DNA of 64,000 nt from Elsinoe ampelina. Taxonomy: Eukaryota. Below are positions 1 through 12,900 of the stretch, in pieces. The first letter of the stretch is position 1; each line of letters opens with the position of its first letter. A model generated the notes under the pieces. It did no database searches and had not been told where the DNA came from. It saw nothing but the letters and a program-made list of their open reading frames with translations. The translations under genes were made by a program, and so were the position numbers. The DNA lies in contig ML992514.1 in NCBI GenBank assembly GCA_010093995.1, forward strand, positions 221,437 to 285,436. Direction: 5' to 3'.

Positions 1-1490
1 GCGTACGCAAGTGATGTCCGCTGGAGTGGCTCAGTCACTTCTTGCCATGGTTCATTGGCATCTGTGGTACGCCTTGACAACTTGACAACCTCGCAGAACA
101 TCACTTTGTGGTCTCCAATCTTGACGGACTTGCCCTGTATCAGCCGACATCTGAGATGTGCCAGTACACCTGGAGAGTCGATATACACAGCACCTTCGGG
201 GTCAATATCGATTCTGGTATGTTCGAGGCTATCCACTTTCCGGAAGGGTTCGAGCAGGCTCATGCCCTTGTGAGCCGCAAATGGCTTCGCAATCTGCACG
301 CCCGCGGCGTTGGCACCGAGTAGATGCACGTCACAGTATCCGACCTGGTCGATCTTCTGAGCTGTTCGACTGTCGGCAAGCAAATTGAATGACACGACTG
401 GGGCAGGTCGAACAGCAACGCTTGCCAGTGAAGACACCGTGGATCCTCGACAACCCAAGAAGCGCTCCTCGGACGTGGATGCTTCATTTGGTAGTCGTGT
501 CGTGAGCACTGCCACGGGGTTGACGACCGAGCGCATGACATGACGAAAAGAAGCCTCGACAGTCGAGTCTTGAAGCTCTACGTTGGTGGTCTTGGGGCCA
601 AGTGACTTCCATGTACCACCAATTTGCAATTTCTGGATCCTGTTGACCATGTTCTCTACCTGCTTCGGATCGCCTGTGATTCGTAGCGGTAGCATCGGAG
701 GCCTCCCATTCACTACGAGCCGCGTGACACTCCTCGGGGCTTGCGCGCTTTTCCGACTAATAAGCCCTGCCGCAGACGAGATTGCTGCTTCTTCCATAGG
801 AAAAAGCATGGCAATCTCCCGTGGTACATCGACCGTCGTGGTCACCTCCACGACCTTGTAGTCCTTCAAAGCTGCTTGATGTGATCCAGTGCTCCAATTG
901 TTCAACCCTGCAACGTGGTCATGCAAAAGGCTTCCGCTTCGCAATCCAGCCGTGGCTTTCCGAGTCACTTCCACACTCGGTGCATCAGCGTTTCCATCTG
1001 GACGATCTCCGTCAGCTACTCGTGTGGTATGCCTTTTCTCAGCCACACCATCTGCACCCAGGCTGCGAGACAAGGACTGCATGGCGACTCTGACATCGCC
1101 AGCGCTGCCAGACAAGTACAAGACTGTGCCAGAGTCACATGGAGAGCCCAACTCGATGTCGCACCCTGTCAAAACCTGCAGCTCTTTCAACGTCTGGTGG
1201 TCTTTCAGTTGTTGAAGCTGATCTGTGGACAAGCTGACTTTTGCGGTAGTGGTTGGCTGAGATCCCGCCTTGGGATTCTGGTTCGTGTCGACACTCGAGC
1301 CATTGTCAGGCAGTGTTCTCGCGGTGAGATTACTTCTCGCGTTCCTGCGAGTTGTCGAGGACAAATGTCGTGATAGCGTCCGAGCATGGCAGGTCTGCCG
1401 CGGGAGACTGGTGTGGGAAAGTAGCGAATATTCGAATAAGGCGCAGAAGAACCTGGTTGAGGCGCGCCCTCCCCCTGGTAAGTCAAGCAT
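1..1490 (-). CDS. Putative mitochondrial flavin reductase-like domain protein with two degenerate KH-like segments (runs off the left edge)
   Basis: Manual translation gives an open frame from ATG 1490 (MLDLPGGGRASTRFFCAL...RTLSRHLSSTTRRNARS, presequence-like) to position 1. The distal part has flavin-reductase hallmarks: FRHVMRSVVNPVAVLTT, GSTVSSLASVAVRPAPVVSFN and LRCRLIQGKSVKIGDHKVMFCEV. It is absent from the ORF track, probably because no stop lies inside the window. Confidence 0.8.
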   Translation of the reverse strand, partial: MLDLPGGGRASTRFFCALFEYSLLSHTSLPRQTCHARTLSRHLSSTTRRNARSNLTARTLPDNGSSVDTNQNPKAGSQPTTTAKVSLSTDQLQQLKDHQTLKELQVLTGCDIELGSPCDSGTVLYLSGSAGDVRVAMQSLSRSLGADGVAEKRHTTRVADGDRPDGNADAPSVEVTRKATAGLRSGSLLHDHVAGLNNWSTGSHQAALKDYKVVEVTTTVDVPREIAMLFPMEEAAISSAAGLISRKSAQAPRSVTRLVVNGRPPMLPLRITGDPKQVENMVNRIQKLQIGGTWKSLGPKTTNVELQDSTVEASFRHVMRSVVNPVAVLTTRLPNEASTSEERFLGCRGSTVSSLASVAVRPAPVVSFNLLADSRTAQKIDQVGYCDVHLLGANAAGVQIAKPFAAHKGMSLLEPFRKVDSLEHTRIDIDPEGAVYIDSPGVLAHLRCRLIQGKSVKIGDHKVMFCEVVKLSRRTTDANEPWQEVTEPLQRTSLAY

Positions 1491-2767
1491 TTGTTGCAAT
1501 AATCAGCCTGCAAAGACACGAGGAATGGCATCCTCGAGACTGAATTTCTTCATGACTCGCCAAATGCTGATACATGACTCGCTCATTGCCCTTCTCTTGG
1601 ATATTGAAAGCTTCCTTGAACCGATGACATCCGACTTTGTGCAACCACCCCACCACGAACACCATTCACGACGATCTGTTCTTGCGCCATCACTTGAAAT
1701 CTGATTCGACGGAAAGATAGCACTGCTCCGCGGCAGCAATGACACGATCAAGGTGGGCTGTGTACCAGGCTTCCTATGCGCCCACATTCCCAGGCCTACA
1801 CAAAGGCAACCCTGATCGGTCTGGCTTGTACATCGGTTAACGCTGTGGAATGAAGCACTTCATACAGGCCCGTCGCAATGTCGTACATGTGCCGGTCCTT
1901 GCACTGCCACTTGATCGCACTGCAAACCGATCTACATCAGGTAAGGCGTGCCAGCGCAACAAGGCAAATTTGTTGTCAAGGACTTCAGACTGGGATGATC
2001 CAATTCATTGACCCCGCCCAAGACCCTTTGGAGCACGAGAAATGGTTGGGAACGATGAGGGGGCATGAGAGGCATGCAGTATGTGCAGCAGCATGGGAAA
2101 TCTGGCTGTGACTTCGCCTGACTCCCACCCAACGCTGCCGCTGGTTTCAGCTTCTCCGACAATGTGTAGGTGCCATGATCCAGTACTCTCTGTGCAAGAT
2201 CGGTCACCGTCTCTTCACCCCCATTATTCATGTTTCTCCACCTCAAAAGTTGCGCTAACGGTCATGTGCACATATCAAGATTGTCACTTGGTTTACGAAG
2301 ACTGTCAGCGATCCTCAAAACACCTCGTCACTAGGCGGAAGTACTCCTTGTGTCGCGATCCAGAACCCGACCCAAACTCCGATGACAGACACTGTTGGGA
2401 TGCAGAGGAGACGGAGGCGTATCCAGAAGTATCGGTGAATGATCGAGAGCAATGTCCGACATGTTTGAACGGCGACGTGACCATTGTGGTGGTGAGTCTA
2501 TGGGTCAACGCTCTGTCCGTCCTTCTGATAGATGATCAGGAATACGAATGAGACCCAGGGCACGAATCAAGGTAGCACATGGGATGATAACCTTTTTGTG
2601 GACCACCAAGCATTATTGAATGTATCATATCGATGCGGCACAAGCTCCGGCCAATTCATGAATGATCAATGCCGTCTCCATATAATTCTTTAGGGTTAGG
2701 GTCCAAGTTTTTCCCACACCTTACCCGTCCGAAGCACCAACACGTTCCCCATCCCACACCTCACACA

Positions 2768-3232
2768 ATGGCTACCTTGACCTCAATACGGCCATCGCTC
2801 TCCCCACGGCTTCTGCCCAAAACCCAAGTCCGCCATGCCACCCTCCTCAAACGCCCCAAACGCCCATGGACCTTCACCCAAATGGTCACCCTCTCAGACG
2901 GCTCCACCTTCCTGCACCGCACCACGTCGCCTCAGCCCATCTACCGCAGCACCAAAGACGTACGAAACACACCGCTCTGGAACCCTTCGAGTCAAAAGCT
3001 AGCGAACATAGAAGAGGATGAAGCGGGACGGTTAGCGCGGTTTAGGGAGAGGTTCGGGAGGGGGTGGGATAGCGAGAGCGCGACGAAGGGGTTGGATGAG
3101 GAGGCGGAGGAGCAGGTGGAGAGGGAAAAGAGGGAGGAGGAGAGTCTGTTGGATTTGATTGGGGAGGGGTATGATGGGAAGGCGACGGCGACAGGGGGCG
3201 GGGGGAAGAAGGCCAAGAGGGGGAAGAAGTGA
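2768..3232 (+). CDS. MRPL36: Mitochondrial ribosomal protein bL31m (YmL36)
   Basis: RPKRPWTFTQMVTLSDGSTFLHRTTSP...TKDVRNTPLWNPS...EDEAGRLARFRERFG. ATG 2768 (MATLTSIRPSLSPRLL) gives a presequence-like N-terminus. Confidence 0.88.
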   Translation: MATLTSIRPSLSPRLLPKTQVRHATLLKRPKRPWTFTQMVTLSDGSTFLHRTTSPQPIYRSTKDVRNTPLWNPSSQKLANIEEDEAGRLARFRERFGRGWDSESATKGLDEEAEEQVEREKREEESLLDLIGEGYDGKATATGGGGKKAKRGKK

Positions 3233-3534
3233 GAGGTTAATGAGGTTTGGGGGGACAAGATTCGCGGCCACGGATGAAGGAAGGTCCATGAAATTGCAAG
3301 CAACCGTGATGTTACCTCATGGTAAATGGTGTCTACGGGGAAAGGGCACTCAGAATGCGATGGGCTGATACCACAAGAAGGAAGAGGGTAGCAATGGCGA
3401 AACTAAAGGCGCTGGGAAGATGGCTACACGTGATATGTACATATTATATAGAGCAGCTATGAGGTCTGGCTATCTTGATAGGCAAGGATGTATGACTACA
3501 GCCGAGAAGGCACCACATCATGACCTTACATGTC

Positions 3535-5633
3535 TCACTCCTCCTCAACTGCATCTTGCTCAGACCCTGCTTCTTCACTCTCCGCTTCGTCTACCGCCAG
3601 CCTATTTAATATCTCGTGCTCACTTGGTCTGAAGGGCCACTCCAGGTACGCCACGACCAATTTCTCCAGCAAATTCCTCGGCAAAGCGAAGATCCGCAGG
3701 TCCTTCGGATCCAGCCTGCCACCATGCCTCGGATTCCTCAGCTCGGGCACCGCTTCATACATGTCCTCAGCCAAACCCGGGCAGAACGAGTTGAGTCCGT
3801 CCCAAAGACTTGTGCCTTTGCGTTGATACAGGCCCAAAATAAAACTGCGCATGACCGCGGTGCCCTCTTCTCGACTTGTGATGTCCGATGCAAAGTTGCG
3901 CTCCAGAGGATCGATCTCGAGTAGCATGAGTGGGATGTTGGGCCAGAATTCGTCTGGACGAGTCGCGAGTGGCTCGTGTGGTCTTCGGTCGAAGGCCAGT
4001 ACGGGTTCGTCCAGGAAAAGGCATCGTTGCTCGTCGAATGCTATGCGGAATCGCTCGGCGTGCATCTTGAATTCTAATGTATTCTTGCCGTGAATGCCGT
4101 CGCGTATGTTGGCTGCGCTCTGCATCAGACCCTCCTCCACAGAAGCTCTCGTCTTGAGTGGCATCGAAGGATAGTGCTGCCAGAAGGCTGCTTCTGCTTC
4201 GACTTGACGTTTGCCGAGTCGCATGAAGGTCGCGAATCGATTCTGACTTGGTATTGGAATCGGGTGGTATAACTTCTTGTCGAAAATGTATTTGTTCTCG
4301 TTACTGATGCGTTCCTTTTTTAGCTCTGCGAAGGTTCGATCGTCGTCCTTGAATGTCTTGCTGGCCTTCAACAGCGCCCGCACGGACTTCTCGTGTTTCT
4401 TCAATGTATCATGCTCAGGGGGGTTCTTCACATTGATATTCATGTTTTGAATGAGATCTTGAATGGAGTTGGAGCTTATACCCTCTGTCTCTACAGCAAT
4501 CTGAGGTTTCCGCCCGGCGGGCATTGTGATACCAGATTCCTGCATACGCTTTGATGTCCAGAAGCTCGAAAGCCATTCGAGTGAAAGGGGACGAGGTCTT
4601 TCAATAAGCGTTGCCCGTTTCTCATTCTGTGAATCGTCCAAATAGAGTGATGAACCCGCAACCTCTGAGATGTTGGCGACCAGGTCAGCAGAGGCTGACA
4701 TGGTCGTCCGGGCTTGAACGAGCCACGGAAGTGTGTGCTGTCTCGCTTCGTCTGGTCCCCAAAGTAACAGCTTGACCAGCCCATACTGATGGAACATGGT
4801 ATTGTTCTGTGCGCTGTGTATGAAGTGGCCAAGCGTTGTCGTGAAGCTATTGACTACGCCGGCTTTCTTGAAGCCGTCGACCACGTAGAACCGATGCAGG
4901 TTTCCTGTAACAAGAAGAGTTCGATTGAATTTTCGCAGTGCTGGATCATTCTTGGGAAGTGGCGTTCGAGGAGGCAAAAGACCGTCGTTGAAGATTCGCT
5001 CGTAAGTAGACCAGTACCGAAGGAGATGGGAGCCATGTAGGTCGGAGAACTTATATGTCTCATCCTTGCTGAGTAGGGGCTTTATGAACGGCTTGAAGTA
5101 TCTTGGCTCCGGTTCTATCAAGATATGCGTCCTCGGCTTGAGAAGGTCGTGTATCTTCTGGGACCAGAGACATGCTCCAGGATTCACGTCGATGATATCG
5201 CATCCATGATAATCCTCGAGATTCGCCCCGATGTAGCCGAGGGCATCATCTGACGAGCCGGTTAGCAGCTATTGGGCCTGGCAGAGTGACAGACATTACC
5301 ACATAATTCTGGACTGACAATATCTGATCTGGCATGGGATCGTACGCCACCTGAGATTACCGTGATCCGATTTGCAAACTGCTTGGCCAGAACCTTAGAG
5401 ATCGGGTACTTTGACGCTGCTTGAAAGAAGGTCTTTGGGCTTCCATATTTGCCCATAAAGGCTTCAAGACCCGGAGCAGTCCAGAACGGCTTGTGCAGGC
5501 GCAGTAAAGAACGTGGTATGTGGATAAGAGGATTGCAAATTATACAGCGGAAAAGCCGCGAAGCTAGTTTTGATTTCCTTGTGCCACGTGCCTCATCGTC
5601 CACCATCTTCCCTCCAACACCGACATACGACAT
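3535..5633 (-). CDS. MTF1: Mitochondrial transcription factor Mtf1-like (rRNA adenine dimethylase fold)
   Basis: Intron 5299-5250 (GTAATG...GCTAAC...CAG) joins IVSPELC/DDALGYIG...CDIIDVNPGACLWSQKIHDLLKPRTHILIEPE. Later motifs include LLVTGNL, MFHQYGLVKLLLW and AYLEWPFRP. The start codon is uncertain (5633 or a downstream codon). Confidence 0.72.
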
Positions 5634-5838
5634 AACTTCGACAGAGGACGGATTCGGACCATCATTGATCTAGCTCGCTGCTGGTCGAAAGCGAGCGCAT
5701 CATGGAGTGGAGCAGTGAGTAGGCTCAGAGCTCCTGTGCTTAGACAGCAAGAATTCGAGCCCGCTACGGTGTCGTGTGTTTATGCCCTCAGAGTCGACAC
5801 ATCCTGTAACACTGCCAAGGTGAGGGACAGCCCGCATC

Positions 5839-7296
5839 ATGAGTCGAGCTTCCGTCCAACGACCACGAAGCGTGGAAGAGATCGTGAAGGAGGCGCAAAA
5901 CTTCGACCACAAGACTCAGTATCCTCTTCGAATTGCAGTAAGGACAGCACAGAACATCCTCAACCAGGCCAACAATTGCGAACGCAATGGCAATCTACAA
6001 GATGCATACCTCTTCCTGTACCGACACGCCGAGTTCTGCATGTCCCAAATCGCGACCCATCCGGATAGGAAGCGGCCCGAATTCAAGCCGGCAGTTGCAC
6101 GGGTCACAAAGGAAGTCAAGGGAGATCTGGAGAAGCTCGAGCAGCTGAAGCCAGAGGTAGCTAAGAGATATGCACGGTATCAAGCGAGCTTGGAGAGAAT
6201 AGCAGCTGCACGTGAGAAGGAGAGACAACACAGACAAGGGTCAATATCAAGCGACTCCTCACGTCGGAGCTCAAGAGACTTTGCCTCGCCGGATGACGCT
6301 GTGTCAGCCGGGTATTCACAAGTGCTTCATGCTGGAGAGCACTCGGACTTGGCCCTTAAGCTGGCGCATCGCGAGCTGCGCAGGAGAGGAATTGAGCGCG
6401 AGTCGGTGGACATTCGTAACGAGCAGAAGGAGTTTGACGACCTTGCCCAGAATATACGTGACCTTGGGAGACGATTGGACCGTAGAGACAACATCGCAGA
6501 AGACACCCGGACTCCAAGCACGACCTTTGCATATCCGGGAGTGCAATCTCACCGTGATGTCCCCCTCTCTTCATCAGCATCATATGGCAATTCGGGAGCC
6601 CCACCTGCTTTGCCTGGGAAGACGCCACTATACGTCGATGGGCCTCCATCACTACGACCCAAGAGCACCGCCGTGGCGCCGGCAGCCGAGCCTCTCGCAT
6701 CTTCAGACTATACCTTCAAATCCACGGCCAAGACAGAAGCAGGCCTACCGCTTCGCCCGCTGTTCATTCCCACCGAGCTCCGTCCACGCTTCCTCTCCCT
6801 TGCCGGCCCCAACACCCGCTCCAATCTCGAAACGTGCGGTATTCTGTGCGGCTCCCTCATCTCCAATGCCCTTTTCATCTCTCACCTCGTCATTCCCGAA
6901 CAGATCTCCACCTCGGACACGTGCGACACAACCGAAGAAGGCGACAACGCACTGTTCGACTACGTTGACGGCCAAGAACTCATGGTCTGCGGCTGGATTC
7001 ACACTCACCCAACCCAGACTTGCTTCTTGTCCAGCAGAGACCTGCACACCAGCGTAGGATACCAGGTCATGTTACCCGAAAGCGTCGCCATAGTTTGCGC
7101 ACCAAGCAGAGATCCTGACTGGGGGATTTTCCGCCTCACGGATCCGCCAGGGAAGCAGGCGATTCTCAATTGCACGCAGCAGGGTTTGTTCCACCCTCAC
7201 GCACAAGGGAACTTGTACACGGATGCATTGAGCCCCGGGCATGTTTCAGAATTGAAAGGACTCCAATTCCAAGTCGTAGACATGAGGAAGGGATGA
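5839..7296 (+). CDS. sst2: AMSH/STAMBP-like JAMM deubiquitinase
   Basis: N-terminal USP8-dimer/MIT-like region; C-terminal MPN+ domain with ETCGILCG and GWIHTHPTQTCFLSSRDLHT. Single exon, 485 aa. Confidence 0.93.
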   Translation: MSRASVQRPRSVEEIVKEAQNFDHKTQYPLRIAVRTAQNILNQANNCERNGNLQDAYLFLYRHAEFCMSQIATHPDRKRPEFKPAVARVTKEVKGDLEKLEQLKPEVAKRYARYQASLERIAAAREKERQHRQGSISSDSSRRSSRDFASPDDAVSAGYSQVLHAGEHSDLALKLAHRELRRRGIERESVDIRNEQKEFDDLAQNIRDLGRRLDRRDNIAEDTRTPSTTFAYPGVQSHRDVPLSSSASYGNSGAPPALPGKTPLYVDGPPSLRPKSTAVAPAAEPLASSDYTFKSTAKTEAGLPLRPLFIPTELRPRFLSLAGPNTRSNLETCGILCGSLISNALFISHLVIPEQISTSDTCDTTEEGDNALFDYVDGQELMVCGWIHTHPTQTCFLSSRDLHTSVGYQVMLPESVAIVCAPSRDPDWGIFRLTDPPGKQAILNCTQQGLFHPHAQGNLYTDALSPGHVSELKGLQFQVVDMRKG

Positions 7297-7753
7297 ATTC
7301 GGTCTCTAATACAGAAACCACAGTATCACGACACAAATCACGATGTAATATCACCGCCACCCCACCGGCTCTCCCGCCGCGAAGCAGCATCGGCAAAGCC
7401 AAGCAGAAGAGCACATACAAAAGCCGTCCTCACTCCTCTCAGAGCTCGAGCTCAAGCAGGCGAGACAATGGTGCGCACCACTCACTCCCACCCCGTCTGG
7501 TCTCGCGACAATTACGACAGGGCCCGGAGCTGGCTTGCGCCAGAGCGGTGCATCGATCTATCGCGCGTAATACTGAGCAGAGATCATGAGACTTGATCGA
7601 ATGCTCCACCTGACCGCGCGAGTATATTGTGTATCAGAGCACATGAAGGGACCAAGGAAAGGTGGCAAGGCAAGCATCACCCGGGGGGGACAGGTCATTA
7701 GAAGGAATCAGGCGCTAGATATACCCAATAGATCCCCGACCAAAACGTCAGTC

Positions 7754-9647
7754 TCAATCCATGAATCCCACCCTCCGCTCCACTCCCTCCATACTATCCA
7801 GCATCCTGTCCAGTCCATCCACGCCGAGCTCGCCTTGCTCGAGTAATCGCCTGTCCACGCGAGTCGGGCTCTCGTCGCGCGTGAACAGCTTCGGCGTCTT
7901 CTGCTTTACCGCACTGAGGAGGTGAGTCCTGTACTCACCCACGACGAGCACGTCGCCTTTGAGGGCATTAGCGCCGAGTACGCTGGGTTCCTCGTCTTTG
8001 GCAGAGCCTAGAATGTGTACGCTCGTGATGATTTCGTTGCCCAGGTCGATACCGCTGAGGTCTTGCATGCCAGTGCCGTGGAGGGAGGGACCTTCGCGCG
8101 GGGCGTTGCGGGACCACCATTCTCGTATCGAGGGGATGGCGCATACGCGGGTGTTGTAGTAGATTACTGCTGCGTCGTCGCTGGAGCCGTGGGTGGAGGT
8201 GGCGCTGCGTACAGCAATACCGCCGCGAGGTCCATGGGATGTGGTGCTTGATGGACCGGAGAAGAGGCCTTCGCTTTTAGTACGGCGGGTGTTCGGAGTC
8301 ATGGGAGCTAGTTGGGCTCTCTTTGGTCTCTCAAATGTTGTGGATGTCTGTTCGGGCTCGTTGCCGATGAATGCTGACGCGGCAAAGGTAAGTGGTGACA
8401 ATTGAGAGCGGATGTTTGTAGGTGGTGAACTGTTCAGGGCATATAAGCCAATGGTCCCGTCCTCCAGAAGGACAAGGATTGAGACACCGCCGAGAATCCA
8501 CGCTGCGGACAGAACCCTCTTCCTGTGCGATAGAGCAGGAACCATTGGGTCCGGTGAAGTAGTGTATGGTGTGCTGAACTGTATGACAAGACGAGGAGAT
8601 AGTCTGGCAGAGCGCGAATCCGCCCCCGATTCTGAACTGGCAGACAAGTCGTAGGTGGAGATGTGACCCTGAACATCACCAACCAAGAGTTGTGCGTGGC
8701 GATCACTTGGATATGATGAAGGGTTGAAAGTTATGGTGGTTGCGAGCGAATCAAGGTACGTCGAGTGGAACGGTAAAGCCGTCTGGTGCGTCAAGTGCTG
8801 CACTGAATCGCTGGATAATATGGGTATGCTGTAGAAGTTCAAGCTTCCGGAGAGCTCGGATGTCGCGAGCGCCACCAAAAGGTCTTTACCGGAAGGTCGT
8901 GCTGGAGCACTCGACTGTCTCGTCGAATGACGAGTCTGCCGTTGCCGTGACTCATTCCGTCGATGTTTGTCTTCTGAGGCAGTCCATGTCATTGCGATAC
9001 TACGGGGCACATCCAGATGTCCAGACTGTTCCAGATCACAAATGCGGGCCCCGAGCTTTCGTTTGCGTTTCGTGGTTGCGGATGGTGGGTCCAGAGGGAG
9101 CGTGATGATCTTGGCCGATCCATTTTCGCATGCCACGGCGACAACGATCTGTTTTGTGAGGAGCGTGGGTACATCTGCTGAATCTCTGTCATTCTCGGGG
9201 GTTGGCAGTGGACAAATTGCAAGATGGATGACTGGACTTTGAAGGGGGAGTTCCAGATCTTGAACGACTGAAGGGTAAGGCTGATCATCATCTACGTCTT
9301 CTTCATCGGATTCGAAAAGCGCCTCATCGTCTGACTCTGGGTCTTTCTGTCCGTCTTGTTGATCCTCAGCACCGTCGTGTCCATTCGTGGTATTTCGTTC
9401 AGAACGGGACGTGAAATGAAGAGGTCGTCCGCCAGTCCAGGTGACGTAGAGTCCTTTTGATGATCCTGATAGGGTGATGAGCGAGCCATTGGAAGATTTG
9501 ATGGGATAGTTGCAGAGAGCTCTAATTCTTTGCGTTGAGCTGCGGCTGCAATTGGAATGAGCGGGCGGCAAAAGAGCATGAAGCTTTATCAATCACATAC
9601 CTGACTTGCAACCGCCGCCCAGACCGCACGACCTTTGGTCGTGACAT
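7754..9647 (-). CDS. NUP37: Nucleoporin Nup37-like WD40 protein
   Basis: ATG 9647 (MSRPKVVRSGRRLQV); intron 9600-9540 (GTATGT...CAG) joins in frame to YPIKSSNGS...VTWTGGRPL. Other motifs: IITLPLDPP, KRVLSAAWILGG and LAPMTPNTRR, recalled from Pezizomycotina Nup37. Confidence 0.72.
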
Positions 9648-9918
9648 GATGTGAATCAGTCAGATAGATTTCAGTGAATCTCCTGCTTCTCTCCCAACCC
9701 ATAATCGATGAGTCGCGCTCGTACGGGTTGCGTTGGAGATTTAGGGTGAGGAGGAAGAGGAAGCGGCAGCGCGTGGAAGTTTGAAGCTTCACGCGACTCA
9801 ACTTCACCTCATGCACTCACATGCGCCAGCACAACCAACCCCCAAGCCTGCGGATCGTTCTTGAGGCCAGTCTTCTCAGCAATCATGAATGTGCACACCA
9901 AGACATTCATGAGCTCCA

Positions 9919-12900
9919 ATGGCAATGATAACCTCTCTCGGGCTCCACATACCTTCCGCGCTTCACTACCTCGTCGCTGAGGGTATCCTCCCGCCCAATC
10001 CAAAGCAGGACTCCTATGCCTGGAAAAGTTATTCAACGGAGGATAGAACTGTCGAAGAGGAACTTCTGTGGACTCAGAAGCATGTGATCTACTCCAAGGA
10101 CGGCTATATACAGAAGGCGTTCAATTACGAAGAGAAGGATGATGCTGTCAAATCAGTCGTCCTGACTGAATTTGCATACCCGGCAGATGACCAGAAAGAG
10201 GCATCACGAAACGAACAACCCACGACCGACTCAAGCAGCAGAACGAACGATCCTGGACCGTTTGGGAGGCTTCGTCGCAAGAGTCGCAGATCTAGTGTCG
10301 CAACCCATCAAGAGCACAAAGTAGATCAACCAGACGTGTCAAACCAACGCAGATCCACGAGAAGAGCCCTGGTGGTTCTTCTGGGGAAACAATGCCACAT
10401 CCACTTCCTAACCGGATCTACGCACGTCGTGAGCGTCCCCTTCGATGTATCAGACATGTTCCCTTCCCCGGAGGGCCTCATCCTGCAAAGGAACACTCAG
10501 CCACGTCCGAGGTCTGCCGGTCGTGTGCCCGCACCGCCGCCGAATTCCTTCTTCTCCTCCCAGTCACAACTCTCTCCTCATACCAAATCACCACTGGGTC
10601 CTGGGAGGGGTCTTCCGAACTTCTCGCTGTTCGACTCCCCATCAAAGAGATTCTCATCCGCATCTGCCGTGGTAGCCGCTGGGACAGACATGGACGAGAA
10701 TGACTTTCCACACTTCTGGTCACTGACCGATCCAGTGTCAGACTTTTCAGCGATGGCATCCGCCACTGTAGCCCCTTTGCCTCGTCATCTTCGGAATGAC
10801 GATGGTGGAATGCTGATAGAGTACGACGATATTGACGCTTCGGAGATAATTATATACGTTTCCCCGCATGACGAATTGACCACTGGACCAAGCGCTGGAA
10901 AGGTGGCATTAATGTTTCTGATTACGATGAATGAAGAGCTTGATCAAATTACCATCTGGCAAGGCTGGTACCTGAAGCCCCGCTCATTGAGTGCTCTCAT
11001 GGCGGCCAGAAAGACTCTGCAGCAGATGAGAGAGGCACGTCGAAACTCGTTGAACACAACGACTACGGCTGGAAAGGCTACGGGTGTCCGTTTCCACGAC
11101 AAAGGACGAGAGAGCTTTGCCGCCACCGCAGAATTGCCAACCAAGAAGCCAAATACGAGGCGCAAGAAGGTCCAATCGAAGCCGAAATCTACCCTGGAGG
11201 AGGAAGCAGATATGGCACTCCGCATGGATCCAGATTTTATGGCGGGCCAGCAGCAATTGCAAGGATCTCGTAGGACAGGATCTATTCTACCCAGAGGTGA
11301 TCTTGCTATTCAAGATCCTACACGCGGACAATCCGCTGTTGGTGGAAACCACACAGCGGCTGCAAGAAGAGGGCCTTCGATGCGTATGTCACAAGATCGA
11401 CGCAGCTTCGGTACCTCCATGTATCGCAAAAGTCGTGGATCTGTCCCTGGTAGTACTTTTAGTAGAAGCTTCGGGCCGGACGACGAAGATTCCATGGACT
11501 TTGGTGATGATTCATTCTTGGACGGAAGTGAATTGGAAGCAGAGATTGCGAGAGTGACCCAACTATATCTGGCAACGCACGAATATGCCAGTGTAGAGTC
11601 GGCATTTGCTATTGGTGCCGAAGGGATGAAGCCGGAGCTGATAGTTCGCAAAGTACATGTTCTTCCACTATCGACTCAACGGCTATCTCATCAGAAGACT
11701 AAATGCAAAGATCGCTTCAAAGTTTGCACACTATCACGGCAGGCCCGCGAATCCACGAACTCCGCCGTTTCGATATGGATCCACGACAACGCCCTGCAAC
11801 GAACACTCAAGGCCAACTTTGATGTCGTCCTAGCTCCGATCGGCGACGTTCAGGGTGCCGATTCTATATCCGTACCTCTCATTGCGGTCCCGCTCTTCCG
11901 AGATCAAGAAATGGAGCAAGCGATTCTCGACATCATCAAGGTCGAGGACAGCTCGTGCAAAGCTATTCTCTCGATGACGGATAAGACGGCGCTTATGATA
12001 GCTCCCCATGATTCTCAGCCCTTCACTACAGATCTTCCGCAGTCCTCGCGAATCCATAACAAGGCGGACGTTCGATACGACCTTGATGCAGTAAGCCGCG
12101 AGGTCGGTTTGAATCGAACAGTGGCTCTGCCAAAGTCTATGTTGCGGCTAGTCGATTCCGTGAAGGCTGGGCATTTCAACATGAAAGATGAAGCTGGTCA
12201 GATTTTCGAATTTCAACTCAAGCTTCGCCCTCGAGATCCTCTGGTCAACAGGGCATTGCAAGTATCATGTGCAGTCTTGGATGGGAGACTGAAACGGGCC
12301 GGTCCATGGCTATGGGCGTCAGCATACAAACACTTGAGGGATCTGAAATCGGTCAACGACACTGAAGCGGAATTGGAGCTTGAAGCATTCATTATGTTCT
12401 TATTCAGCTTCTCAGTAGGATCATTGGGCCTGACCAGCTCGCGGTCTCGCAGAAGTCGGGCTCATCTTTTGGGTGTCACGAGCGGTCTTCTACCAATGGA
12501 GCCCGATGGGACTTCGAATACGAGGACAATTCTTCCCAAGCCATGGCAGCGTCTAACTTTGGGCTTGAACGTGGCCGGCAGCGATGCAAGACAGAGTCCG
12601 AGATCGAACAGGCAGTCCAATGGTTCAGCCACTCCGGCCAACACCGGCTCCGCCTCAATGTCATTGACCAACGTGGAGGCAAAGACGAGATCGATGCTGC
12701 ATGCTCTCCATTCGGAAGGACATACCTGGCTCATGGATTCAACTGACACGGTGGAAAGGGTCAATGCATCACTGAAGGCAATGCTGGCTGTTCAGCTTCT
12801 TCTCGAGGAGCTCAAGCTTTCTCCGACTGCTGATACTTCGGGAGAACGGGTCAGCAGAGTACTGGCTATGTGCCTGGCTCAGCTCGGCCATTACCTCCGA

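Noticed and set aside
1932..2508. Possible small spliced gene on the - strand (ORFs 2305-2508 and 1932-2246)
   Set aside because: I could not build a convincing splice model or recognise the protein; unresolved.
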